64,000 bases of DNA from Lama glama. Lineage: Eukaryota. Made by a program: the position numbers and the translations under genes. Position 1 is the first letter of the stretch. Each line of letters begins with the position of its first letter. Shown one piece after another: positions 1-12,067 of the stretch. The notes beneath the pieces are model-generated. The model did no database searches. It was not told where the DNA came from and was given only the letters and a program-made list of their open reading frames with translations. The stretch covers positions 31,498,001 through 31,562,000 of the forward strand of contig CM052818.1 in assembly GCA_028534125.1 (NCBI GenBank). Reading direction: 5' to 3'.

Positions 1-259
1 CTCAGAGCCTCTCATGCCAGAGTCGCTCGGTTCCCTGCAAACCTGTTAGCTTAATGAGTTGAGTCACCAGGCAGATCTGACTTCACACAGGTGTGAGTTA
101 TTTTTGTGGATGTTTGCCAAACATGGCTTACAACAAGCAAGGAAAAAGTTTTGGCTCATTCTGACCTTTGCTCTAGTCTCCAATCATCGTGTTTGCTCAC
201 TTACTTGTAGTGTTTTCCCTTACCAAAATACATGCTCTCTCTGGGCAAAGACCATCTTT

Positions 260-553
260 GCCAGACATAGAGAACAAACTTATGGTTACCAGGGGGAAAG
301 GGGGTGGAAGAGGATAAACTGAGGGTTCAAGATTTGCAGATGCTAAGTGCCATATATAAAATAGATAAACAATAAGTTTCTTCTGTGTAGCACAGGGAGC
401 TATATTCAATATCTTGTAGCAACCTACAATGAAAAAGAATATGAAAAGGAATATACGCATGTATATGTATGACTGAAATGTTATGCTGTGCACTAGAAAT
501 TGACACAACACTGTAAACTGACTATACCTCAAATAAAAAAAATCTTAAAAAAA
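260..553 (+). mobile_element. 5'-truncated LINE-1 3' UTR (camelid/cetartiodactyl type) inserted into an L2 3' end
   Basis: Typical L1 3' UTR (…agcacagggagctatattcaatatcttg…aaattgacacaacactgtaaactgactatacctcaaataaa) with A-tail. TSD aaagaccat(c/g)ttt at 247-259 and 554-566. The flanks rejoin as an L2-like tail. Confidence 0.9.
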
Positions 554-1465
554 AAAGACCATGTTTATTTAGTCCTGATTGTATCCACAACACGTAGTCC
601 AGTGTCTGGCACAGTAAATACTTGTTGCATGAGAAATGTTTGTTGACTAAATGACTAAACATGCCACCCATGGAGAGACTGGGCTCGGCAACTTTATTAA
701 TGTACCTTATTTAAGATCTGTGTTTCTTGATCTGGATATTAATGCTGTGTCTTATACACAGAAAGTGGAACGGGGAAAATTCAGGCAGTTATATGGGTAA
801 TTCGAGCAGAATGGACCACCCACTCCCACCTCAATTATCTGGTGTTTTTAGATGGAAGTAGTTTCAAACCTGAAGAACTGGAGTGACTGCCTGATTTCTC
901 CATTGCTCTTGATTTCCTGCCATTCTAGCTGCAGGCAGATGTGGAAATGCTTCCCCGTTAGGAGCACGACCCCCCAGCAGACACACGGCACCCCAGCCTG
1001 CACACACACAGGAGTGAAGAACAGAAGTAGGAGTGGCAGGAGAGGGTGTCTCGCTTTCCACTGCGAGAACCGCCACCCCGGCCTTCTGCAGCTTTCAGTG
1101 TCCTCCCCACAAGTGTGCGTCACCGGAGCCGAGGTCATCACTCCTTGACCCTGGCAAATTGGATTAGTTCTGAGCTGGACCCTCCTGGGCAGAGAACTGG
1201 GCTGACAGACCCAGTTCTAAAGGAGACACATTCTTCAATTTGGGATTTAAAAAAAGAACAGAAAAAATTCAAGCCCGAGCCAAAAAGCTTAGCTTTGTCA
1301 TGTCAATAGTATTTAAAGATGTTATTTGGCTGGAGCTGGAAGTTCTGCAAGTGAAAAACAACTTGGCTCTCTTTTCTCCCTTCCCTCCCTGTCCCTGCTG
1401 CTCCTAGCTCCATCCCTAGCTCTCCACTAAAGCTTCACCTCCTGATATGCTCTACAGGCACCTTT

Positions 1466-2036
1466 TTTTTTTTTTAATTGAAGTACAGTCAGTTATAATG
1501 TGTCAATTTCTGGTGTACAGCACAACGTCCCAGTCATACATATACATACATGTATTTGTTTTCATATTTTTTCATTAAAGATTATTATAAGATGTTGAAT
1601 ATAGTTCTCTGTGCTATACAGAAGAAATTTGTTTTCTTTAATCTATTTTTATATATAGTGGCTAACATTTGCAAATCTCAAACTCCCAAATTTATCCCTT
1701 CCCACCCCCTTTCCCTGGTAACCATGAGATTGTTTACTGTCTGCAAGTCTGTTTCTGTTTTGTAGATGAGTCCATAGTGTCCTTTTTTTCTTGTTTTTTA
1801 GATTCTGCATACAAGTGATAATCATATGGTATTTTTCTTTCTCTTTCTGGCTTACTACACTTAGAATGACAATTTCTAGGTCCATCCATGTTGCTGCAAA
1901 TGGCATTATTTTATTCTTTTTTATGGCTGAGTAGTATTCCATTGTATAAATATACCACAACTTTTTTATACAGTCATCTGTTGTTGGGCATTTAGGTTGC
2001 TTCCATGTCTTGGCTGTTGTATATGGTGCTGCTGTG
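1466..2036 (-). mobile_element. LINE-1 3' end (ORF2 C-terminus + 3' UTR + poly-A), non-inverted arm of a 5'-inverted insertion
   Basis: Poly-T at 1463-1475. Minus-strand translation [47 protein letters not shown] matches the L1 ORF2p C-terminus. Confidence 0.93.
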
Positions 2037-2790
2037 ATCCTTAACAAAATATTAGTAAACAGAATCCAGCAGTGCAGAAAAAAGATCATACACCATGATC
2101 AAGTTGGATTTATCCCAGGGACACAAGGATGGTTCAACATATGCAAATCAATCAATGTGATACACCACATCCACAAAAGAAAGGACAAAAACCACATGAT
2201 CATCTCAATAGATGCTGAAAAAGCATTTGATAAAATTCAACACCCGTTTATGACAAAAACTCTTACTAAAGTGGGTATAGAGGGAACATATCTCAACATA
2301 GTAAAAGCTATTTATGACAAACCTACAGCCAGCATAATACTCAATGGTGAAAAACGGAAAGCCTTCCCACTAAAGTCTGAAACAAGACAAGGATGCCCAC
2401 TCTCACCACTTCTATTAAACATAGTCTTGGAAGTCCTTAACCACAGCCATCAGGCAAGAAAAAATAAATAAAAGGGATCCAAATTCGAGGAGAAGAGGTA
2501 AAATTGTCACTATATGTGGATGACATGATACTATATATAGAAAACCCTAAAAGATCCACACAAAAACTACTAGAGCTGATAAAAGAATTCAGCAAGGTAG
2601 TGGGATACAAGATTAGCACACAGAAATCAGTTGCATTTCTTTACACTAATAATGAATTAGTAGGAAAAAAAGGTAAAGAAACAATCTCTTTTAAAATTGC
2701 ATCCAAAACAATAAAATACTTAGGAATAAATCTGACCAAAGAGGTGAAAGACTTATACATGGAGAACTACCAAACATTAATTAAGGAAAT
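2037..2790 (+). pseudogene. LINE-1 ORF2 reverse-transcriptase fragment (frameshifted), inverted arm of the same insertion
   Basis: [12 protein letters not shown]…QVGFIPG…[17 protein letters not shown]…[10 protein letters not shown]…YVDDM…[15 protein letters not shown] are L1 RT motifs. Frameshifts near 2435-2465. Shared TSD tacagg(c/t)accttt at 1453-1465 and 2791-2803. Confidence 0.95.
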
Positions 2791-3039
2791 TACAGGTACC
2801 TTTAATTGGGAAAATCGCATGTACATTTAATGCCAACCTAGCCTGCGCCCATTTCCCCCATAACCCCGTGTCGCTTGCTTCTGAGGAGTGGGGATCTCTC
2901 AGTAACCCACCAGTGCCCTGAGAGAATGGCACTGGGGTGGGGACAGAGCAGCTTCTCATCATTTTAGGGAAGGAAAAATGGAGGCCAAAAGGAGAAAGGA
3001 AAAGGAACAGGAGGAGACAGTTCTCTCTGTCTGCCATGT

Positions 3040-3240
3040 GCTAAGCAGGCACTAGCGAGTTGTTTACATGATAATGTTTTCGAAGCTCAGACAACCCTGT
3101 GAGATGCGAATGGTAAGCAGTTATATCTCAGTTTTGCAGATGAGAAAACTGAAGACTAGAGGGGTTAACTGAGTTACCTAAAGTCACATGTTTAGTATGT
3201 GGCCAGATATTTTGGATTTGAAAACTCAGGTGCCTTCAGC
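3040..3240 (-). mobile_element. MIR SINE
   Basis: Core gttttgcagatgagaaaactgaagact…aaagtcaca. Confidence 0.8.
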
Positions 3241-6200
3241 CACATACACAGGGGGGTTATTGGCTCGGCGTCAGGGCACCTCTGAGGCCTCTATCAAAAT
3301 GCATTCGGCCTCCTTTCTTCTTGCCTCTGAGCTTTTGCTGACAATGTTCCCACAGCCTCCTGTCAATTTTCCAGCCATCTCTGGGGCCCAGTTTCCCTCT
3401 TCCCTCCTTCACAAAGTCTCCCTCGATTCCCCGAACCAGGATTATAATCATTTCCTCTGTGTGGGGGTCTAACTAGCAGCTAACACCTGTGCTGAAGCAT
3501 CTGTGCGCATCTGACTTGCCGTCTGGGTGCTGGGGTGCACGAGGCTGGGACATCCAGGTCCAGCCTGACCTCGGCTGGGACGGCACCAGGGGGAAACAAG
3601 CTGTGGGGGGCACAGAGGAAAGGAGCGTGTTCCCTCCTCCAAGGCTTGGGAGACCCTCAAACCCCATAGGCTGCAAACCTTGCCCTCCACTGGACTTTGC
3701 GAGACTGAGGCCTCCCCACAGCCTGCTCAGATCCCAGGAAAAGGCCCCCTTCACCCTGCTGGGAAGTCAGCAGTATAGGAAGCATGGTGGGGGAGGAAGT
3801 TCTGAGCCCCTCAAAGCAGGATATATGTCTGCTTCAGGAATAGCTGTGAGATGAATGGATGAATCACTTAGTGATTCAGTGTTGCTGCCCTCAGGAGCTA
3901 CCCTGCTTGGTCCTGGGTCAGGAGAGCGGTGGGAAGATGACGAAGTATCATCCCAGAGGCCCCCGGCTTTACCCCAAGCACGAAGGTGTGACTCAGGCAC
4001 CGGCCGGTCTTTTAGGGCCTTCCTGGGCTGAGCCCAGCATTTTGTCCTCTGTAGGCTTCACCTGGGTATGAGGAAAGCCGAGGCCCTGCACTGCTGTCTC
4101 CTGGCTTGGCGCAAGGCGGATCCCCAGCCCCCTTTTTGTTGCATTCTCCTTAGTCTGATCATCCACCTTGAAGCTGGGATGATGCAGAGCGACCAGAGCA
4201 GAGAGCAGCCCTGTCTTAGTCCTCTCCTCACCCCAACAGCCACAGCAAAGATGTGCCCGAGCCTGAAGCACAAGCCCGTGGTTTTCCACAAACATCAGCT
4301 TCTGACTTGAGCCTGGGAAAGACATGCGTGTGCCTGTGTGAGTGACTGTGCATCCCTGTGAGCGTGTGTGTGTGCACACGTGCGTGTACAGATACAGTGG
4401 TTCTCGGGCTCAGGGTATCCAGAGACACCAGACTGTACTTAAAAAGAGTTTGAAGATCAGTCCTTCCAATGCCATCATTTCACAGAGAAACAGTTTATTT
4501 TAGTTAATAGGAGTCTTTCCCTGATACATTAGACATCAAAATATGTAGGCAGACCCCATGGCCACCCAGAAGGATGGCGGTCCATGATTATCCTGGCCTC
4601 CCCCACTCCACCATCACCCCCAGTCTAGACCGCTTCCTCTTTTCATAGGGAGCTCTCGCCTTTCCTGAAAGCCTTTATTAGATACAAACAGAAGACACTG
4701 AGGATGCAGATTTCCTTTTCATTGTCTGGGGTCCCCATCTGTCCTGCCCTGTTCCCCTACCTGTGTGGCCCAGCCTATCCCCACAGGCTCACACTCTGCC
4801 ACACCTGGTACCTGTATTTTGTGCAACGTGGGTACTTTCAGCATTGAACTCGTGCTCAAGCACAATTCAGGCAGACACATATCTTCTGGCACCCAGGGCA
4901 CGTGCTTACTAAATGGACAGCGCTGACCTGTGCCCCCACGACTCCCCCTAAGCTAAGGGTCACACCGTGTGATTCTGCCGAGCACTCCCAGGTCTGAGTG
5001 TGTCCAGTTGGCGAAGCAGCAGGATCGGGGCAAACACCACCAAGGAGCCGGAGGGGTGCCCCAGGGGCTGGAACCCTGTGCACCTGCGCCACCTTTGCTC
5101 TGCTTTTCAGAAAGTTTCTCATTTGGAAGTGCGCCCTGTGGCTGTTTCCTCACTATACCACATCTGGGAGCAGTCAGGCTTCGGGTCACTTTCTGGTACA
5201 AAACAATGAGGTTTCTCCAGCACAATGAGACTTTTAGAGCCTCTTCCTTCTACCCTCTCCTGCACTGAGAGTTATCTTTTTGTCAAGGGGCAATTAACAT
5301 CCCTTGGGGAGGAGGACATCCTCCTGCTGTAGAGGAAGGATGCCGTGACTGTGTAGCGTGGGGAGGAAGGCAGGGAAAAGCTGATTGGGTGGGAAAGGCT
5401 CCCATTGGGAGAGTGAAGGGTAGCCCCAGGACAAAGGAGGCTGTCATTTAAAACAGCCAAGGTAAGGGAGACGGCACCGAATTGTGTTGTGGTTGCAATA
5501 ATTTGAAAATCTTTCTCCAAAAGACTGAGGTTCCCTGAAAGTCCATTTGAAAGCATAGGTAACTGGTATTCTGCAAATATTTATACCAGCGTTTTAAAAT
5601 TCATTATTTTTTATGACAAAAGTAGTACAGTGGTTGTTACGAAAAAGCTAAGTGTCAAGGACACAGATGACCAGGAAAGTGAAAGTTTCCCCGTTAACTC
5701 CACTGTGCTGGGGAAAAACACTGTTCAACAGTTTAGGATATTTATACTAGGGTTTTAATCAATGGTTTATTTACAGAGGAAAGGCCCGCACAGGAGGGGA
5801 AGCACGTGATGAACCTGCCTTTCCGCTGTCCCTATCTGTAGAGCACCTTGCCAGGACTCTTAGACCAAGCCTCACTGTCCACCTGGTGGCACTACCTGCA
5901 TTTCCTGGCAGGACAGCTGCCTTTCCAGTTCAGTAGCAGAGACCTCATCCCCGTACCCCCACCTCTCCCTCCCCACCTGCCAGGCACCCCTCACAGGTGA
6001 CTGGAATGACATCCTGGTTCTTCCCCAGGACTCCTCTGGGCAGGCAACACCCCACGGGCCACCCCAAGTCATGCCCTGTCCTTAAGGCTCAAGGATGGTC
6101 AGTTTCACAATCCCACTCTTGTTCAGAATCTTTGCTGTCCATCGTCATACAGTCAGTGGGCTGAACGTGGGGTGGGGGTTGGGTAGGGAAAACACCAGTG

Positions 6201-6437
6201 TTTCTGGAACTCTTATGCTATTGAAAGAGTTTTAAACACATTTACATCTTTCATCGTGAGGTTAAATGACTCAAGGTTGTGCAGCTAGTCAGTGGGAGAG
6301 GTGGTCCTGAATGCCAGGCTGGCTGATGAAGAATGAGAACTTGGTTGGGGTTCTTACTGGGGTTGGGGGTTGCATGGCCTTGGGAAGGCTGCGTCCCTTC
6401 CCTGGGCTCAGTGTTCCCATCTATAAAGCCAGGAGTT

Positions 6438-6545
6438 TGGTTCTCAACCCAGACTGTATGTTGAAATCACCTGCAAGGCTTTAATTGGTGGCTGCCCGGG
6501 CTCCTCCTGGGGTTGAGACTGAATCAGTGTGGGCTGTGGTCTGAG
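6438..6545. mobile_element. MER5-type hAT-Charlie fragment, preceded by short MIR fragments
   Basis: ggttctcaacccagactgtatgttgaaatcacctg…actgaatcag. Confidence 0.55.
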
Positions 6546-6699
6546 TGTCTCTCCTTCCATGGTTTGGCTGGTGGGCTGAGGGGCCTGAGTGTCAAGGCCA
6601 GACCTGGGCTGCCCCTTGTGGAAGTGTGGACACCACTGGCCCCCACTTTATTTCCTCTCCCTGGGTCTGGTTCCCGCACTAAAAATCCTCCTGCCTAAG

Positions 6700-6900
6700 A
6701 GGGTATTAGAGTCCAAAAGCTGTGGGCTCACACCTCCACCCTCTCACTTGGTGACCTCAGGCTGACTGCTTAAGCTTCTTGTGCCTCAGTTTCTGATCTC
6801 TAAAACGAGCAGGAAAACAGTGCTTCTCACAGGTCTGCCGGGAGAAGGAGAGAACGGGGCTGAGCGTCGAGCACGGGGCCTGGCAGGGGTCCGGCGCTTT
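6700..6900 (+). mobile_element. MIR SINE
   Basis: gtgacctcagg…cttgtgcctcagtttctgatctctaaaa. Confidence 0.65.
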
Positions 6901-7871
6901 GACTCCCTTCCTTCTTCCTCCAGCGACTGTGGCCAAGAGGAATGACTTCCACTCACTCTGTAACTGTGAGGTCTGGGTTCAAAGGATCACACAGAAGAGT
7001 CCTGGGTGTCCCAGTCAAGGGAAACCCGGAGAAGGTCCAGACGGAAGGCAGGCAGAAGCACCCAGGGGAGACAAACTATATAAACCTTATCTTTGTTTTG
7101 GGCTGATTAGGGGGTTGTCTCTGTGACCTTAGCACCCTCACTGGCCTTCTCCCTGAGATGCCCAGGCGCAGGGCCTGCCCTATCCAGCCGCTTGACTTTC
7201 AGCAGAAGCTGGGGGAGCTGCCTCTTTGAGGCCCAGAGCAGGTCAGGCAGGTGGGAGGCACCTCCTCAGTCCATGCCCCTTTCTAGATGCCCAGAAAAGC
7301 TTGCCTGCCCTCCCCCCTTTTTTTCTCCCAAGTTTCGGGTTGTGACTCACTGTTTGGGGGTCCCTGTGGTTGAGCTTTCCAAGGCTTGCTCGGGGGAGAC
7401 CTGGCTCCTTCAGAACTCACTCTTCGCAAAGTCTGCAGGCCCAGCTCTGCCTGGTGTGGACCCAGGCGAGAAAGATCTCCGCCTCCAGGCGGGTGGGTGC
7501 AGGACCTTTTAGCCCTGGGATCAGATACACCTGCGTTCCCTCCTGTGCCTTCCACTTGTTAGCTCTGGGGTCTCGGGCCAGGGTATTGCCTCTTGAGAGG
7601 TGCTCAGACACAGGTTAAACTGTTTGACTTCATCTTCCTGCCCGGATTGATCACAGAGCGTCATTCTTCCCTCAAAACTGAAAAAAAGAGCTGAGGAGGC
7701 GAACCGGTCAGGATCAGAGTGACATCTCTGGGTCTCCCAACCCAGAACCTTGGGAAGAGCGTGGTCCCCAAGCTTGCAAGCCTCAGGCACCAGCGGGCTG
7801 CACCTCGGGCAAACTCACAGCCTCTCTGGACCTCATTTACACAGCTACGCTCGAAGGCAGTTGGTCTGAAC

Positions 7872-8156
7872 CAGTCATTCCCCAAAGTGAATTACTTAGT
7901 ACACTAGTTTGGCAAGCTGCTTCTCAAAAAAAAGTCTCAAGGGTCAAATAAGTTTGAGGAATAATGTAAACTCCACCCCTAATCAGCACATCGTAGTATC
8001 TACATCAGCCTGTTAAAGACACAGAGATCCAGGAACAAAGGGGCTGATCTGGCTCTGTTTAACTCACTTTTTTCTAAATTCATGCAACTGTGAAACCTAC
8101 TCATTCCTATTCACATCCTGGAGCACCAGTGATTGGAGAAAACCACGTGCGATCTG
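7872..8156. mobile_element. MER103-type hAT-Charlie non-autonomous DNA transposon
   Basis: cagtcattccccaaagtg…acactagtt…ggtcaaataagtttgagg…tgtttaactca resembles the recalled MER103C consensus. Confidence 0.6.
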
Positions 8157-8159
8157 GAG

Positions 8160-8310
8160 CCGGGCTTCTCAAATGAGAAATGTGTGGGCTCTTGTTAAAA
8201 TGTAGATTCGAATTCAGCAGGTCTGGGGTAGGGTCTGAGATTCTATTCTTCTCCCAGGCTCCCAGGTGATGCCAATACTACTGGCCAATGACCACACACT
8301 GAGTCCCAGA
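8160..8310. mobile_element. MER5A/B hAT-Charlie fossil
   Basis: cttgttaaaatgtagattcgaattcagcaggtctggggtagggtctgagattct…cccaggtgatgcc…accacacactgag. Confidence 0.75.
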
Positions 8311-8339
8311 GGGCTTTTTCCAGCTTCAATATTGGAAGC

Positions 8340-8590
8340 AGAAATGGTGGCTTGGGGACTCTGGACTTAAAGTGGTCCGGGTTAGGACCCTGGCCTCACC
8401 ACTTAGCAGCAATATGACCTTGAACAAGTGTCTACCTCCCTGAACATTCATGTTCTCATCTATAAAGTTTAGATAGAAATAGTACCTGCTCCATAGGGTT
8501 GTCTGAGAATTAAATAAGACTGTGGAGAGAAAACATGTAGTGCAAGGCCTCACCCATGATAGGAACAAATTGTATGTATCAGTCATCATT
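8340..8590 (+). mobile_element. MIR SINE
   Basis: tgaccttgaacaag…ttctcatctataaag…atagtacct…catagggttgtctgagaattaaat. Confidence 0.8.
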
Positions 8591-9254
8591 AAAAATAATA
8601 GAATACGATTCTGGCCTGCCTCCACGTGTAGGCTGACACCCTTGCTGCGCCCGCCCCGCTGACTGCTGCCCACAGAGCTCTCTCCTCCCAGCACGATGGC
8701 GCTGCCATCTCTGCTTACGAGACTTTACCTGACCTCTTGTCTCTAGCACAGTCTACTGTTCCTCCCCTGCTTTCAGGGCATCAGAGGGGCTGAGCGGCAA
8801 CAGCTCTCCTCCAGTGATTGCAGACGAGTCATGTAGCTTTGCCTGCTAGTAACAGCACAACGCACTCCAGCAGAGGACGTGTGACGCAAGTCCCTCCTGA
8901 TCCAGTCCAGAAGGGTCCCCATGGGCCAGTGAAGCCCCAGGCTCATCCCGTTGCATATCTGGAGCACGGGCCCTGCCAACTGCTGTAGAATTTGTGTGTG
9001 CCTCATGCAGCTTCTGTGAGAATATAACTCATTTAATTCACCTTTGTGTTCCTTAATAAATATTTCTGCAGCTGAATTGCGTGAAAACCTTCATATAAGT
9101 ATGTTCACATGGTTAAAAAAATTTCTGACTTGGCAAAGCCTGTGTTGGCCTCTATCAGGCTCCCTGCCTGTGTGTAGACAGTGGATTAGGACATCACCAG
9201 GGCTGCCCTGATCTCGCCTCATCTTGGAAGCTAAGGAAGGAAGTGGTAAGGAAG

Positions 9255-9460
9255 ATCACTACTTACTGATCACCTCTCAGTCTTTGGCTCCTGATACATG
9301 TTATCATTATTTAAGCGTCTCAGCAACCCTCAGTGATAGGTATCAGTTTTCTTATTTATCAGGCTCTGAGAGGCTAATTAATTTGCCTAAAGACACACAG
9401 CTACTAGCTAGTAAGTAGCTGAGCTGGGGTTAGAGTTTAGGATGATTTGACTTTATTCTC
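9255..9460 (-). mobile_element. MIR SINE
   Basis: aggctctgagaggctaattaatttgcctaaagacacacagctactagctagtaag. Confidence 0.7.
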
Positions 9461-10844
9461 ACTATATTTTTCTCTGTTCCCAAAATACATGGCAGAAGAT
9501 GACTGTCTACAGCTTCCAAGTTTTACTTGTGATAGGAACACCTGGAGAGAAAATAAGTCCTCTCTTAACTCGATTCCTGTCTTGGGTCATGTTCTACATC
9601 TGGACCAATCAAATATGAACACAAAGACAACGCCCCATTGTGCAATCATGGCAGCTTGTGTTCTGACTGCCAGTGATGGGAGTGGCAGGGAGGAGAGAGG
9701 ATTAGTCGGTGCCGAAAACAGGGCTCTGAGTGGGGCTCATTCTGCCTAGGAGTCTATGGAAGACCCAGTATTAGGGGCAATAACTGGAAACAATGACATT
9801 GAAAAGGCAGATGAGAAGGAAAACTTCACCTTGACCAGATCCAGGCCCTATGCTGGCCACCTTCTGACCCCCATGCAGGTCAGCACAGCCAGTGCTCTGC
9901 CCGCAGCAGCCGTGGTCATCTCCGGCAGCCTCCTCCCTGGATGGTCCCAGAGGTGGAAGCAAATCACATCCTCATTCCTGGTCTCTGGCCTAGACCTAAG
10001 TCATCTCTCCATCTGGTCTCGGAGACTGGTATGTGGTGAGGTGTGGTGGGCTGATATAACCAGATGCACAAATCTGGGAGGTTCTGGACCACTGGGCCTC
10101 TGACACAGTGTGTCACCTGCGAGTTTCTCTGCCCCTCGATTTTTCCAGTGATGGAAGGGAGAGTGAATATATGACCTGTGTCACGGGGCTCATGTGAGAA
10201 ATCATTAAAACCAAGACTTTCTGGAATCTTCATGGAGTTGCAGGGTAAAACGAGGTGAAGGGCAAGGAGTTTGTCAAACATTCCACCAGACTTCTAAAAA
10301 TTGATCTTGGAGAGCCTCTGACCCCCTTGGCCAACAAGTCATCAAGAGGCACACACTCCGTTCAAAGTTGACAGCTACCAAACTGACAACTGTCCTTTAC
10401 ACCATGCAAAGGGGACTGGGCTTAATTACAGCCTGAGCTGGCCCGTCTGCTCCATACTCAGCGCCTGTCTCTTGGTGTCACTGCAAACTGAATTTTCATT
10501 ATCTTTTGGGACTGTCGCCTCTTGGAATGCTGGAAGCGGAATGCTCGTCCCAGCTGGGCTGGGGCCAGGCATTTCAGAGAGCAATGTCCACCTCCAGTCC
10601 GCTGTGTTTATCTCTTGGCTGGGACGTGGACCCTCAGTGCTCCTGCAAACCTGGAAGGAGAGGGAGCTTGCTGCCTCGTCAGCACTTCAGCGGCTGCGGA
10701 ACTGATGTGCTTCCTAATGCCAACCTCTTTTTAAACTTTGAAAACTTTGTTTCTGGGAGTGCCTCATTGAACAAGGCCACTGGGAGCTTTTATGCATTTT
10801 TTAATCAATACCATTAGGATGATTTTTCTTTTAACTGGCAGCCG

Positions 10845-11070
10845 CTGTTTAACTGAGCACCTACTCTGTGCCAGGCCCTGTGTTTTACATGCATCACCTG
10901 ATTCAAGCCTTGCATTTGTGTGAGGCAAGTACCTTTCTACAGATGAGAGACTCAGAGAGGTGAGGCTCCCTCCTCTGCCTGAGGTTGTTCAGTGGCAAGA
11001 ATTTGCTGCTGGGATTCGAGCCCAGGCATTTGGACCCCAACCCCGGAGTCTCATCTCTAGCCATCACCTC
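10845..11070 (-). mobile_element. MIR SINE
   Basis: actgagcacctactctgtgccaggcc…tacagatgagagactcagagagg…gggattcgagcccagg. Confidence 0.8.
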
Positions 11071-11628
11071 TCCCTCCCTGCTGAGAACTGGGAGCCGGGA
11101 TTGGGAAAACAACCCAAAATATCCCATTTCTGGTTTGTAACTTTTACCCACTCCATCCCAAGACATTAAGAAGCGTTCCAGCATGTGCTCACCTGCTTCT
11201 AAACCACAGGACTATGTTGGGTCAAGGTGCCACATTATCCCGCCACAGGGAGGGGCACGGTGAGGGGCGTGGCCCAGGGCTCGGCAAACACAGGCAGACA
11301 GATGTCTGTTTCCAGGGTGGGACGGCTAAGCTCCGAGGCTGACAGCTTGTTAAACGTTCCCTAGCCAGCCCCGCTGGATGTGTGAGGAAGGAGACATCTT
11401 GTTCTTTCTCATCCAGAAGAGAAGAGTCTGGAGTGGGAAGGGGCGAGAAATGAGCAGGAGGGGAGCAAGATACTCCAAACGGAAGCCTTTCCTGCCTTAT
11501 GCAGTGTATTATTTTCCCACTGCCTTGTCCCCTGCAATCCTTTTTTACTTGCCTCTAAACCTTCCTCTTTAGCATTTTGAAAGCCACAAGACTAACAAGC
11601 CAGAATATTAAAGTAGCCCCAGAGCAAG

Positions 11629-12067
11629 CATAGTGGGTTGAATTGAGTCCCCTCAAAAGAGAGGTCTAAGTCCTAACTCCTGGTACCTATGAATGTGGCC
11701 TCACTTGGAAATAGGGTCTTTGCAGATTTAATTAAAGATCTCAAGGGTGGGCCCTATGTCCAATGATAGTGTCCTTATAAAAGAAAGGAGGGGAAGACTT
11801 GAGACACAAGGACACATGGAGAGGAACGCCATGTGAAGACAGAGAAGAGAAATCAGGGTTATCACCCAGGCCAAGGGATGCCAGGAGCCATCAGGAGCTG
11901 TGAGAACAAAGGAGGATTTCCTTCCTGAGCCTTTGGAGGGTACACAGCCCTGCGAGATACCCTGATGGTGGACTTCTAGTCCCTAGAACTGTGACAGAAT
12001 ACATTCTGTTGTCTTAAGGCAGCCAGTTTGTGGAAATTTGTTATGGCAGCCCTGGGACCCTAACACA
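11629..12067 (+). mobile_element. MaLR solo LTR (MLT1B/C-like)
   Basis: gggttgaattgagtccc…ggaaatagggtctttgcagat…gccatgtgaagacagag…tagaactgtgacagaatacattctgttgtcttaag…tttgttatggcagccctgggaccctaacaca. Confidence 0.88.

Noticed and set aside
197..532. Recurring similar ORFs (MxYSQFTxLCQFLV…, also at 22648-22935 and 52417-52707) suggesting a gene family
   Set aside because: All are antisense translations of the same L1 3' UTR.
1193..1218. Hairpin agaactggg…cccagttct
   Set aside because: 9-bp stem with no supporting context.
2010..2830. Reverse transcriptase as an active or novel retro-system (retron, DGR, group II intron)
   Set aside because: The motifs are plainly mammalian LINE-1 ORF2, truncated and frameshifted.
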